From the NCBI GenBank assembly GCA_902491155.1, contig CABUGH010000003.1:691-64690 (forward strand): a stretch of DNA of 64,000 nt. Reading direction: 5' to 3'. The translations under genes were made by a program, and so were the position numbers. Under the pieces are notes generated by a model. That model ran no database searches. It saw only the letters and a program-made list of their open reading frames with translations, and was not told the DNA's origin. Of the stretch, positions 31,045 to 41,880 are shown in pieces (position 1 is the first letter of the stretch; every line of letters starts with the position of its first letter). The DNA is from an uncultured Clostridium sp. Its GTDB lineage: Bacteria; Bacillota; Clostridia; TANB77; CAG-508.

Positions 31045-31519
31045 ATTTAAAATTTATGAGACGCACTAAAGTACTTTGATTAAATTTTAAATGCAGTTTG
31101 ACTCAACCAAAATTGTAATTATTTTTCCATTTTTTATCTAGTTGGAAAAGAATTAAATTTTGGCAAGGAAAACAAATTAAAATTTATGAGATGTACTAAA
31201 GTACTTTGATTAAATTTTAAATGCTGTTTGACGCAGCCAAAATTGTAATTATTTTTCCATTTTTTATCTAGTTGGAAAAGAATTAAATTTTGGCAAGGAA
31301 AACAAATTAAAATTTATGAGATGTACTAAAGTACTTTGATTAAATTTTAAATGCTGTTTGACGCAGCCAAAATTGTAATTATTTTTCCATTTTTTATCTA
31401 GTTGGAAAAGAATTAAATTTTGGCAAGGAAAACAAATTAAAATTTATGAGATGTACTAAAGTACTTTGATTAAATTTTAAATGCTGTTTGACGCAGCCAA
31501 AATTGTAATTATTTTCCAA
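31045..31519. repeat. Tandem array, 130-bp unit, about 3.6 copies
   Basis: aatttatgag recurs at 31051, 31181, 31311 and 31441. Copies 2-4 look identical, copy 1 has a few substitutions, and the last copy is truncated at the priA stop. Each unit contains a long imperfect hairpin (gccaaaattgtaattatttttcca...tggaaaagaattaaattttggc). Confidence 0.9.
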
Positions 31520-33749
31520 CTAGACCATATTATTAGGATTAACACATATACTAACCCTAACATTTTTTAAGTCCCTCTCATAAATCTGCTTCAACAGCTC
31601 ATTACAAACCAAATTAAAATTCTCATCAATCTGCCCCTTCAAAACCAATCTCCACCTATACCTATTCTGAATCTTATCTATAGGAGCAGGCCCAGGTCTA
31701 AACAACTGCACTGATACCAATTTATTTGCAGCCAAAAAATTATAACTCTCAAACGCTATAGCTTTTACCATATTCTCATCTTTTCCCTCAAACCTAATTA
31801 ATATTATATCGCAAAATGGCGGATATTTCAACTGTTTTCTTAAAGCTAATTCCGTTTCATAAAATTCCAAATAATCTTGTTTTTGCGCAGATTGAATACT
31901 AAAATTTTCAGGATTATATGTTTGAATAATAACTTTACCTAGAAATTCTCCTCTCCCAGCTCTACCTGCCACTTGTGTTAAAATCTGAAATGTCTTTTCT
32001 GTAGCCCTATAATCATCTATATTTAAAGAACTATCAGCAGCTATAACCCCTACCAAAGTAACATTTGGAAAATGATGACCCTTTACTACCATCTGTGTTC
32101 CAATCAAAATATCTATATTTTCATCTCTAAACTTACTTAAAATTTGTTCATAAGAATTCTTTTTAGATACAGTATCTATATCCATTCTAATTGTACTGCA
32201 ACCGTGGAAATTGTTTTATTATTTCTTGTTCTAGTTTTTGAGTACCTGTACCAAAATATCTTATTTTATCACTTCCACATTCTGGACATTTTGTAACAAC
32301 TGGCTTTTCCGCTCCACAATAATGGCACTTTAATTTATTTTCATATCCATGATATGTCATACTTACATTACAATTATCACACTTAACAGTATATCCACAT
32401 TCTCTACACATTATAAATGTAGAATACCCCCTACGATTCAAAAACAATATAGTTTGATGCTTATTTTTTAAATTTTCCTCTATATCTTTATATAACTCTC
32501 TACTCAACATTGAGCGATTACCACTCGCTAATTCCTGCTTCAAATCCACTATTTCTATTTTAGGTAATTGTGCATTATTTGCCCTTTTAGTTAATTCCAA
32601 TAAAGTTATTTCTTTTCCTTCTGTTGCCTTATAATATGTAACTATATCTGGTGTGGCACTACCTAACAAAAGTGGAATTTTTTGCTCTTGTGCAATTTTT
32701 TTTGAAACCATTTTAGCATCATATCTTGGCACCGCTTCTGATTTATATGAACTATCATGTTCCTCATCAATTATTATTATTCCCAAATCATTCACTGGTG
32801 CAAAAATTGCTGACCTCGCGCCAATAACTATTCTAGCCTTATTCTCTTTTATTCTTTTCCACTCATCATGTCTTTCACCAATTGAAAGTTTACTATGTAA
32901 TACAGCTATCTCCTCTTTTCCAAACCTTGATATAAATCTTTCTATCATTTGTGGTGTAAGTGATATCTCTGGTACTAACATAATCGCCGATCTATTTTTC
33001 TTTAACGTCTCTTCTATTAATTGCAAATATACTTCTGTCTTTCCAGAACCTGTTATTCCAAACAACAAAAATTCCTCAAACCTATCCTGTTGAATTGCAA
33101 TATTCACCTTATCATATGCTTTTTTTTGTTCACAATTTAATATACATTTTTCTGTATATTCTATTTTTTTATTAGCCAAAGGATCTCTATTTATTGCTTG
33201 CTCCACTATTTCTAAATATCCATTTTTCACCAAAGTATTTACAATTGCTCGTGAGCAATCAGTAAAACTTTCTATTTCTGGTATTGTCGCACCTTCATTA
33301 TTTTTAATAAAATTCAATACTCTTTGATGTTTTTCTGACTTTATTAGTCCATTAATCATTTCATATTCAATTTCTTCCGGATCTTTTTTTAAATATACAC
33401 TATTTATTGTTTTATCCTTTATTTTATTTTCTTTTGTCCTTGTTCCTGGTGTCTGCATTAATTTTATACAATCCGTTACATTACAATAATACATTTTTGC
33501 CATCCATTTTGCTAATTCTATTTGACTTTCTGTCAAATTATCTTCAATTTTCACTATCTCTTTTACTTCATATTCAGTTCTTTCTTTAAAACCTACTACA
33601 AAGCCCTCTTCTAGTTTTTTTGCTCTTCCAAAAGGCACTAATACTTTTGTTCCTACATATATGTACTCCTCCATTTCTTTTGGTACTTTATAATCAAATG
33701 TTCTATTTAGCTTTTTGGCTGTCCTATTTATTATAATTTCTGCTATCAT
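31520..33749 (-). pseudogene. priA: Primosomal protein N' (PriA helicase), split by one frameshift as sequenced
   Basis: FGITGSGKTEVY, a DEEH box and a Cys-rich zinc region lie in the upstream ORF. ...QFP in one frame continues as GCSTIRMDIDT...ILIGTQMVVKGHHFPNVTLVGV in the next. The break is at about 32204. The start is set at MIAEIIINR using ORF-track coordinates. Confidence 0.85.
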
Positions 33750-33798
33750 TATTTCTCCTTTTATCTTTATAATATTTTTTGAAAAAAAGCCGTAAATC

Positions 33799-35607
33799 TT
33801 ACAGCTCTTCTTCAAAAATCCTATTAAATTCTGTCTCATTAATTTTTTCTTTTTCCAATAAAGTTTGTGCAATTATTTCCAATTTATCTCTATGCTCAAT
33901 TAATAACTTTTGAGCTCTTTCGTATGCAGAATCAATAAGAAGTTTAACTTCTTGTCCAATTGCATCACCAATATTTTCACCAAAAAGTTGCATTTCATAT
34001 GGTTCTTTGCCTTTAAAATCAATAGGACCTAACTTATCACTCATTCCATATTTTGTAACCATATCTCTTGCAATATTAGTAGCAACTTCTATATCATTTG
34101 AAGCACCTGTAGAAATATCATTTAATACTAATTTTTCTGCTGCTCTTCCACCTAATAAAGCAGTTAATCTCTCTTGCATTTCCGTTTTAGATATATAATA
34201 TTTATCTTCATCACTTTTATACATTGTATATCCACCAGCAACACCTCTTGGTATTATTGATACCTCTTTTACATTTGATTGTGTTGATAAATATCTTCCT
34301 ACAACAGCATGTCCAGCTTCATGATATGCAGTTAATTTCTTATCTTTGTCTGATATTACTCTTTCCTTTTTCTCTAGCCCTACTGTTACCTTTTTAACAG
34401 CTTCTTCTATATCATCATTTTCTATTTCTTCATGTTTATTTATTGTTGCTATAATTGCTGCTTCATTTAAGATATTCGCAAGTTCTGCACCTGTAAATCC
34501 AGCTGTATCTTCTGCTATACTTTCTAAATTAACATTATCAGAAATTTTCTTATCTTTTGCATGTATTTTTAAAATTTCCAATCTTCCTCTAATATCTGGT
34601 GATGGTATTGTTATTTGTCTATCAAATCTTCCTGGTCTTAATAATGCTTTATCTAACATTTCTGGTCTGTTAGTTGCAGCCAATACTATAATTGTTTCTT
34701 CTGAACTAAATCCATCCATCTCAACCAAAAGTTGATTTAGTGTTTGATTATTTTCTGATTCTCCACCACTATTTCCTGTTCTTCTTGCTCCTATTGCATC
34801 TATTTCATCTATAAACACTATACATGGTGATAATTTTCTAGCTTTTTCAAACAATTTTCTAACTCTTGAAGCTCCCAAACCAACAAACATTTCTACAAAT
34901 TCAGAACCACTCATTGATATAAATGGAACATTTGCTTCTCCAGCTATTGCCTTAGCAATTAATGTTTTTCCTGTTCCAGGTTTACCATAAAGCAATACAC
35001 CTTTGGGAATTTTTGCCCCCATTTTTGTAAATTTTTCTGGAGTTTTTAGAAAATCTACTATTTCTATTAATTCTTCTTTTTCTTCATCTAATCCAGCTAC
35101 ATCTTTAAACCTTATTTTTGTTTTTCTTTCTGTATCCTCATAGACTTTTCCCTTTTCTCCACCTAATCCCTGCATTTTATAAATCATTACAAATAATGCA
35201 ATCATAATTAATGTCGGAAAAAAGTTAATTAATACTGCTAAAAATTGAGTAAATCCATTTTTAGGTTTTTGAATTAATTCTATTTGATTTCCCTCTGCAA
35301 CTTTTTGTTGCACCAATGTTATAAAAGCCTCAGTATTTGGAACAATTGTATTCTTTTCTTTTTCTTCATCTTTTATTTTTACTTTTATTGATGTACTTCC
35401 TACTGTCATTTCAACCTTTTCTACTTTTCCATCACTCATTTGCTTTATTAAATCTGTATATGCTAATTCATTATCTTTTTTATCATCTTTATTTTTTATT
35501 AAAAATGTAGTACATATTATAGCCACAATTAATATCATAAATAATATTGTTAAACCAATTAATATTTTTCTGTCGTTTTTATTGTTATCATCTTGATTTT
35601 TTTTCAT
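33799..35607 (-). CDS. ftsH: ATP-dependent zinc metalloprotease FtsH
   Basis: GKPGTGKTLIAKAIAGEA, DEIDAIG and the zinc site HEAGHAV are present. Confidence 0.9.
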   Translation of the reverse strand: MKKNQDDNNKNDRKILIGLTILFMILIVAIICTTFLIKNKDDKKDNELAYTDLIKQMSDGKVEKVEMTVGSTSIKVKIKDEEKEKNTIVPNTEAFITLVQQKVAEGNQIELIQKPKNGFTQFLAVLINFFPTLIMIALFVMIYKMQGLGGEKGKVYEDTERKTKIRFKDVAGLDEEKEELIEIVDFLKTPEKFTKMGAKIPKGVLLYGKPGTGKTLIAKAIAGEANVPFISMSGSEFVEMFVGLGASRVRKLFEKARKLSPCIVFIDEIDAIGARRTGNSGGESENNQTLNQLLVEMDGFSSEETIIVLAATNRPEMLDKALLRPGRFDRQITIPSPDIRGRLEILKIHAKDKKISDNVNLESIAEDTAGFTGAELANILNEAAIIATINKHEEIENDDIEEAVKKVTVGLEKKERVISDKDKKLTAYHEAGHAVVGRYLSTQSNVKEVSIIPRGVAGGYTMYKSDEDKYYISKTEMQERLTALLGGRAAEKLVLNDISTGASNDIEVATNIARDMVTKYGMSDKLGPIDFKGKEPYEMQLFGENIGDAIGQEVKLLIDSAYERAQKLLIEHRDKLEIIAQTLLEKEKINETEFNRIFEEEL

Positions 35608-35658
35608 ATTTTAATTTATACCTCCCTAAATTGCATAAATTTCTTGGAAAAGATTTAT

Positions 35659-36723
35659 TTACGCATTAGTACTTTCAGGAGTAGGTCCTCCCTCACCTTC
35701 ATCTTTTTTCTTCTTTTCCTTTTCTTCCTTTTTTTCATCATCTTCTGGTTCTTCTGGTTTTTCTTCCTTATCTTTTTCTTCCATCTCTTTTTTTACTTCT
35801 TTTTGTACTTCTATAATTTTTGTTAATTCTACTTGTTTTTTTAATAAGTCATCTTTTATTATAAAAATCGCTGCAAATAAATATATTGTAGCTACTGATA
35901 TATACATAACTTCAAAATATTGTATACTAAAATTCATAAACAATCTACATACAATATATATAATATTTAATATTGTTGATAATGTTATTGCATACACTGC
36001 CATATTAAATATAGCAGCATAACGTATTTTTACTTTAGCAAATAAACTTGCAAAATATCCAAATATACTGCACATAAGTACATACATCAAAGTATTTAAG
36101 AAATACATTGAAAATGCATAAATAAATATTGTTATAAATACACTAATATATAAACTTGCCATCTGAGTACCCCTAGCATATTTAACTACCCCATTTTTAT
36201 CAAAATTTGTAAATCCCATCTGATTCAAAACATTGCTATATTCATATGCAGCAGTTCCCATAATTGCTTCATTTTTTATAATTATCCTATCTTTTAATAT
36301 TATTACACCATTTCCATTTTGCTCTATTTCTTGATTATAATTGCTAATATTCTCTTCTTGTTCTGTATCTATTTTAGTATCTACTATTACCTTTCCTATA
36401 TAATCATTTTCATATTTTAAAGCTTCATCTGCTTTTACATCCAAAATTCCATCTTGATAAGAAAAATCAGGAAAACTTGTTTCTACGAAATCAACTGCTT
36501 GTTTTACAATTTGATTTGTTTTTATAATCAAACATACACATATAACAATTGTCAAAACAGCAACAATCTTTGCCAAATAACCAATTGCTCTTGGTACACC
36601 TTCTACTGCCAATTCCGGATATTTTTCCACATTAAAAATAGATAGTTTTACCTTTTTAAAAAATCCCTTTTTTAAGTCTAGTTTTTCTTCTTGATTATTT
36701 TTCTGATTTAGATTCTCACCCAT
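35659..36723 (-). CDS. Polytopic membrane protein with an acidic/Lys-rich C-terminal tail (possibly DUF1189-like)
   Basis: 354 aa with several TM helices and the tail KEMEEKDKEEKPEEPEDDEKKEEKEKKKKDEGEG. The family call is from weak memory only. Confidence 0.35.
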   Translation of the reverse strand: MGENLNQKNNQEEKLDLKKGFFKKVKLSIFNVEKYPELAVEGVPRAIGYLAKIVAVLTIVICVCLIIKTNQIVKQAVDFVETSFPDFSYQDGILDVKADEALKYENDYIGKVIVDTKIDTEQEENISNYNQEIEQNGNGVIILKDRIIIKNEAIMGTAAYEYSNVLNQMGFTNFDKNGVVKYARGTQMASLYISVFITIFIYAFSMYFLNTLMYVLMCSIFGYFASLFAKVKIRYAAIFNMAVYAITLSTILNIIYIVCRLFMNFSIQYFEVMYISVATIYLFAAIFIIKDDLLKKQVELTKIIEVQKEVKKEMEEKDKEEKPEEPEDDEKKEEKEKKKKDEGEGGPTPESTNA

Positions 36724-36753
36724 CTATATCATTCCCTTCTAATGATAATGTTT

Positions 36754-37884
36754 TTATTTATATTCTCTTTTTACATCACTATTTACCAATGTTGTATTTA
36801 CATCAAAAACTGCTTTATCTCCAATATTTACATCTTTCCCTGTAATATCTACTGTTACATGAAATGTTCCTATTCTTCCTAATATTTCGCACCTTTGATT
36901 ATTTATGAATACACTATGATTTTGTTTTTTGAACATATCTTTTAGATCTCTTACAACATATCTTATTTTATCAACTGTTCTAAACATATCTCTTCCCACT
37001 TGAACATCAACACCATTTATATATCCACATGGAATAATTGCAACTCTGGTGCTTTTTTTAGTTTTATATGCATTAGAATAACCGACATTAAATTTTTCTG
37101 GCAATTCTTTTATTTCTGTTACTTGTGATTCTAGTTTTGCTACCTTTTTTAGTCCAATATTATTTTGAAACGCCAACTTCCCAATAAATGCTGAACCTAC
37201 TCTTACTGCATTTAAATGCATTTCTGGAAATTTTATAAATGCTGAAGAATTACATACATGTAACATCCCTGTTTCTATATTATTCATTTTTAATACTTCT
37301 ATACAATCAATATATCTTTTAAACTGTAATTTTGTATATTTCTCATCATAATATGAGTTAGAAAAATGTGTAAATGTTCCTTGTATCTCAACATTTTTTT
37401 GTTCTTGTATTTTTTTTAAGCTTTCTACCATAAATTCTCTATTTGTATATACAAAACCATATCTTCCAAAACCTGTATCAATTTTTATATGTGCTTTTAT
37501 TTTCTGTTCCGGACACTCAGTTGCAATTTTGCAAACAACATCAGCAGCTTCTTTTGAACCTATTGTTATTATTACATTATTTTTTATTAATAATTCTACC
37601 TCTTCTTTTATCGCTGTTGATGATAGCATTAATAATTGTTGTGTAAAACCTAATTTTCTAAATTCTATTGCTTCTTGTACTGTTGAAACAGCAAAAAAAT
37701 CCAAACCTTGATTTACCATAAATTCAGTATATTGTTTTAAATCTAATCCATATGCATTAGATTTTACTACTACAATTATTTTTACCGGTCTACCATTATC
37801 ATCTGGTAAATTTATTTTTGCATGTTCTTTAATTTTTTGTACATTTTGTAATAAATCTTCTTTATTGATTACTAGTTTGTTCAT
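36754..37884 (-). CDS. alr: Alanine racemase family PLP enzyme
   Basis: VVVKSNAYGLDL contains the PLP lysine motif. The start is set at the ATG 5 nt after AAAGGAG. Confidence 0.7.
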   Translation of the reverse strand: MNKLVINKEDLLQNVQKIKEHAKINLPDDNGRPVKIIVVVKSNAYGLDLKQYTEFMVNQGLDFFAVSTVQEAIEFRKLGFTQQLLMLSSTAIKEEVELLIKNNVIITIGSKEAADVVCKIATECPEQKIKAHIKIDTGFGRYGFVYTNREFMVESLKKIQEQKNVEIQGTFTHFSNSYYDEKYTKLQFKRYIDCIEVLKMNNIETGMLHVCNSSAFIKFPEMHLNAVRVGSAFIGKLAFQNNIGLKKVAKLESQVTEIKELPEKFNVGYSNAYKTKKSTRVAIIPCGYINGVDVQVGRDMFRTVDKIRYVVRDLKDMFKKQNHSVFINNQRCEILGRIGTFHVTVDITGKDVNIGDKAVFDVNTTLVNSDVKREYK

Positions 37885-37894
37885 TTGAACTCCT

Positions 37895-38968
37895 TTACTT
37901 TGTTTTTTTGCCATTTTTCAAATTCATTTTTATTTGCCTTAAATTTCTAAATAGCTTTTCTGAAATTTTATATAATTTATATGTAAATGGTTTGTATGGA
38001 ATGTAAATTTCTCCTAAAAATTCTGTAAATTTACCTCCAAATCCTTTTTTAAATCTATATAATCCATATTGTGGATGTGTTTCATCTACTACTCCTGATA
38101 CTCCACGGAAATCATATATATCATCATGTCTAGCTATCGCCATTTTTATCATTTCCCATTGCAATAAATAGTTTGGCATCAAATTTCTATGCTCATTACT
38201 ACTTGCTCCATATAAATACCATGTTTTATTACCATAAAAAATAGGTATTACTCCTGATATTGGTTTTCCTTCATAATATGCCATTAAAACTTTCATATGA
38301 TCTGGTGCTAAGTTATCATACATTTTTTCAAAATATTCTAATGGCCTTATTATAAATCCGTCTCTTGCTCCTGTTTCCATCATTATTCTGTGGAAGTCTT
38401 TTAAGTCTTCTCTTGTTCCTTCTTTTACTGTTACTCCTTTTCTTCCTGCTAAACGTATATTATATCTCCATTTTTGGTGAAATCCTGCCATTACTTCTTC
38501 TTCTGTTTTTCCCTTAATATCTAATCTAAATACATATCTTGGTTGTATTTCGTCCATAAAGTCTTTTGCATCATCTTTTATATGATACCCTAAATTTGTT
38601 ACAATATCCCTAAATACTTGATCATCACTTTCCACATCTGGCTCTATTCTTAATACTATTGCTTTGTATTTTTTTGCTAGCTCTTTTGCTCCATCAGTTA
38701 GTTGTTTTAATATTGCTAAATCATGTACATCACATACTGGCCCTCTTGGTGCATACATTATGTTTCCAAATATTGGTATTTTTCTAATCCACACACATAG
38801 TGAACCTATTATATTTTTTTCCTCATCTTCTGCTAATATAACTTCTGGTATCCAATTTGGTTTTTTTACCTCTGCCCATTCCAATGATTGCTGAAAATTG
38901 CATCTTTCATTTTCTTCTAAAAATCTTTTATACTGCTTTTTCGATTCATCGTCTGTTACAAATCTCAT
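37895..38968 (-). CDS. FemAB-family peptidoglycan interpeptide bridge aminoacyltransferase
   Basis: 357 aa with FQQSLEWAEVKKPNW and LYGASSNEHRNLMPNYLLQWEMIK. Confidence 0.75.
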   Translation of the reverse strand: MRFVTDDESKKQYKRFLEENERCNFQQSLEWAEVKKPNWIPEVILAEDEEKNIIGSLCVWIRKIPIFGNIMYAPRGPVCDVHDLAILKQLTDGAKELAKKYKAIVLRIEPDVESDDQVFRDIVTNLGYHIKDDAKDFMDEIQPRYVFRLDIKGKTEEEVMAGFHQKWRYNIRLAGRKGVTVKEGTREDLKDFHRIMMETGARDGFIIRPLEYFEKMYDNLAPDHMKVLMAYYEGKPISGVIPIFYGNKTWYLYGASSNEHRNLMPNYLLQWEMIKMAIARHDDIYDFRGVSGVVDETHPQYGLYRFKKGFGGKFTEFLGEIYIPYKPFTYKLYKISEKLFRNLRQIKMNLKNGKKTK

Positions 38969-39113
38969 TCTTTTATTTCATTCCTTCCTTGATCTTATAA
39001 AGTTATAATTGAAAAATTTTTCAATCTTTTGCTTTCTTTTTATATTATTTACAACATATTTGTATTTTACACCATATAAGGATTTTTTACAAGTATTTGC
39101 CTTGATTTTTTCC

Positions 39114-39142
39114 TTGACTTTTATTTTTTATCATTGTATAAT
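39114..39142 (+). promoter_or_regulatory. Sigma-A type promoter for ssrA
   Basis: TTGACT (39114-39119), a 17-nt spacer, then TATAAT (39137-39142), about 10 nt upstream of the tmRNA 5' end. Confidence 0.55.
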
Positions 39143-39152
39143 AATTTTACAT

Positions 39153-39508
39153 GGGGGTGTAATGGTTTCGACATATTACTAGAAGTATAGATAGCAAGTA
39201 GTGGATTCTCGTTGGCCACTTAAAAAACGAGAAATTTAAATATAAATGCAGATAATAATAGAGAATTTGCTTTAGCTGCCTAGTCGCAGTTACGCTTTAC
39301 CTTTAGGCCTACACTATTGGATAAAGTGTCATCTTTGTAGGAAACAAAACTGCTTTTGCTCCTAAAGCAGCAGGTATTTTAAAGAGCTATAGTTTTTCTT
39401 ATTTTGTTTGTTAAAAAAGTAAAATCGAATTTAAATAACAAACTAAACTTGTAGAAGTCTATATGGAAGGTATTATGGACAGGAGTTCGACTCTCCTCAT
39501 CTCCACCA
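39153..39508 (+). ncRNA. ssrA: tmRNA (SsrA)
   Basis: The 5' end is GGGGGTGTAATGGTTTCGAC and the 3' end is GGACAGGAGTTCGACTCTCCTCATCTCCACCA. The tag reading frame gca gat aat aat aga gaa ttt gct tta gct gcc tag encodes ADNNREFALAA. Confidence 0.9.
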
Positions 39509-39602
39509 TATAATTATTATAAAATTTTCCAAAATGTATTTACAATTTTTATTCTTTATAGTATCATTAAATTATAAGATAAAAATATAAGGAGTGTTAT
39601 TT

Positions 39603-40451
39603 ATGAACGTATTAGAAAAATTAAAACAAACTATTAATAAAATAAAGGAGATTTTTTCAAAAAAGGATCAAGTAAAACTTTTAGAAGAGCCTAGTCAAAC
39701 CACAGTAACAAATGGTTTTGATAAAGTATGGAAAGAAAAATTGCAAATATCAGAAACACCTAAAGATAGATTCAAAGCTCTTTTAAGTGAAAGAGGTGTA
39801 TCACTAAGTAATGCAGTTATAAATGCTATGTATAATGACATTTTTGACAAAAATGAACAAATAGCTTCTATTTCATATGAAGATAAGGATAGAATAAAAA
39901 AGATTAATAATATTATGAATAAAAAATTAGACAGTTTTACAATAAACGGAAATGAAATTACAACTGATACACTACAAAAAGCAAATGAAAAAGGCGATAT
40001 TATTCAAATGTCACAAAACACTTATTCAGAAAATAGCATTATAAAAAGACAAAATAGTATCTCAGGATTAAATTATTATAATGATGGATCTCATTCAGAA
40101 TACTCTTGCATAAGTTCTGAAGAAATGACCAAATATGACCCTAAAACAAATGATCAAATTGAAGTATCAAATATAATAAAAGAACAAAAACATCAAGCCA
40201 GTCATAATGATGTAATGCCCGATTCTTTTAATAGTACTGGTTTTCACACAAAAAGTCACGTAGTTACAGCTAGAGATACAAGAAATAGAAATATAATTAT
40301 ACAAAAAGTTCTTGATGAAAAAGGAACTATAATTGACCAAAAAACAGAAAACTTAAATCCACGTTATGCTAATTCTCAAGAATTACCAAAAGATGAGTTT
40401 AATTTCAATAATCAAACAGATCAAGAACAGGAAGATGATATAATAAAATAA
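39603..40451 (+). CDS. Hypothetical protein
   Basis: The ATG follows AAGGAG. The protein is 282 aa and Asn/Lys/Ser-rich, with no recognised family. Confidence 0.35.
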   Translation: MNVLEKLKQTINKIKEIFSKKDQVKLLEEPSQTTVTNGFDKVWKEKLQISETPKDRFKALLSERGVSLSNAVINAMYNDIFDKNEQIASISYEDKDRIKKINNIMNKKLDSFTINGNEITTDTLQKANEKGDIIQMSQNTYSENSIIKRQNSISGLNYYNDGSHSEYSCISSEEMTKYDPKTNDQIEVSNIIKEQKHQASHNDVMPDSFNSTGFHTKSHVVTARDTRNRNIIIQKVLDEKGTIIDQKTENLNPRYANSQELPKDEFNFNNQTDQEQEDDIIK

Positions 40452-40515
40452 GATATATAAATCACAAAATATATCAAAAAGCACTACATTTGTTAGTGCT
40501 TTTTAATATATATTC

Positions 40516-41016
40516 TTAAAAATCTCTTTTTCTTTTTATATTTTGTTTAATCTCATTTATACTATCATTTATATATTGCGTAGCCTTTTCGTCATAAATA
40601 TACTTTCCATCAATTTTTTTAACGACATCTCCCAATTTCACATTTTGCAAAAACTCTTTTTCAAATGCAATATATTTACATTCTAAATTATTTTTATATT
40701 GTGCAACTTTATATCTATGATATTCATCATCATTTTCATATTTATCTGTAACAATAAATACTTCTCCATCACTTAAATCATTTTCTTGTTTACTAAAGTA
40801 ATCTTGTAAAAATTGATTTTCTTCTCTATAAAATTCCATTTCTTCTTTTTCTGTTAATTGGATATCGTCTACTTGTGAATTTATTTTTTTATTCTGATTA
40901 TTAATATTCTCCAATGTTTCACCTAATTCCATTATAAATTTTTTTATAAAATCGCTTTTTTTCAGTTTATCTTTTATTTTATTTAAACCTAAATTCAAAT
41001 TTTTCCTCCTTATCAA
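40516..41016 (-). CDS. Hypothetical cytoplasmic protein, translationally coupled to the upstream nuclease gene
   Basis: 166 aa and acidic. There is a 4-nt overlap with the nuclease stop. Confidence 0.35.
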   Translation of the reverse strand: MIRRKNLNLGLNKIKDKLKKSDFIKKFIMELGETLENINNQNKKINSQVDDIQLTEKEEMEFYREENQFLQDYFSKQENDLSDGEVFIVTDKYENDDEYHRYKVAQYKNNLECKYIAFEKEFLQNVKLGDVVKKIDGKYIYDEKATQYINDSINEIKQNIKRKRDF

Positions 41017-41774
41017 TTTTCTATCATTTTAGCTTTACCAGTGTTATAGTCAATTTCGAAATTATCTTGAACATTATATACAAATTTATTAAAAGCTATT
41101 CCTTCTTCTTCAACTGATTTTGCTTCTAATTCTACTCCTGTTGCTAATTTATTTTCACCATTATAAATAGGTGTTACTCTATATAAAACATGATAATCTT
41201 TACCCTGATTATTTTTGTTTTTTATCCAATTTGCAACTTTATTTTCATATTCAATCATAGCAGAATTCATTTGTGAAGTACCTGTAATTAAATTTTTTTT
41301 ATTGTTATTTTCATTGCTTAATTGCCATGCTATTAAATGACATCTTTCATATAAATGTTTACTATTATTTTCTCCATATAAATATTGTACCCAACCTGTA
41401 GGCTTATATGAAAGACTTTCTCTTTTAATTCCTTCAGGTGGCATTGTATATTTACATACATTTGCAAAAGCAACTCCAGCCCTATCATATTCATCAAGAT
41501 TTGAATAATATTCAAAATTTTCTGTACTTATATCTTTATCTTCAAAATACGGTATATCATTATTAATAGTAATTACAGTTTCTCCTGAATATTTTGGAAT
41601 ATCACTTATGTTTACATCAACTGTATCAGCTACTGAATTTTCTTTTATTACATTATTACTTATATTATTTTGTGGTAAATTCTGTCCAAATAAAACTAAT
41701 AATGTTATAATAATTATCGTTACTATTAGTTGTTTTAAATCTATTTTTCTTTTGCTATTTTTCTTGTTACTCAT
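41013..41774 (-). CDS. Secreted DNA/RNA non-specific endonuclease (DNA-entry nuclease-like)
   Basis: An N-terminal TM/signal anchor is present. YERCHLIAWQLSNENNNKKNLITGTSQMN resembles the (D)RGHLIAxQL...NL...N core of the Endonuclease_NS_2 type. Confidence 0.65.
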   Translation of the reverse strand: MSNKKNSKRKIDLKQLIVTIIIITLLVLFGQNLPQNNISNNVIKENSVADTVDVNISDIPKYSGETVITINNDIPYFEDKDISTENFEYYSNLDEYDRAGVAFANVCKYTMPPEGIKRESLSYKPTGWVQYLYGENNSKHLYERCHLIAWQLSNENNNKKNLITGTSQMNSAMIEYENKVANWIKNKNNQGKDYHVLYRVTPIYNGENKLATGVELEAKSVEEEGIAFNKFVYNVQDNFEIDYNTGKAKMIEN

Positions 41775-41880
41775 ATTTTTACATAATCCCTTCCTTAGTT
41801 TTCTTCCCATCAGCCATTTTATTATATAATTTTTTTATAAATTGTCAAGTATATTTTTTATCTTCATATATTACTTATAG

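Noticed and set aside
31045-31519. Tandem repeat as a CRISPR array
   Set aside because: The period is 130 bp and whole units are repeated. There are no unique spacers between short repeats, and no cas genes are nearby.
33750-33872. N-terminal extension of the priA ORF (TTG start) overlapping the end of ftsH
   Set aside because: The extension has no PriA similarity and overlaps ftsH coding sequence. The conserved start MIAEIIINR follows an AGGAG-like RBS.
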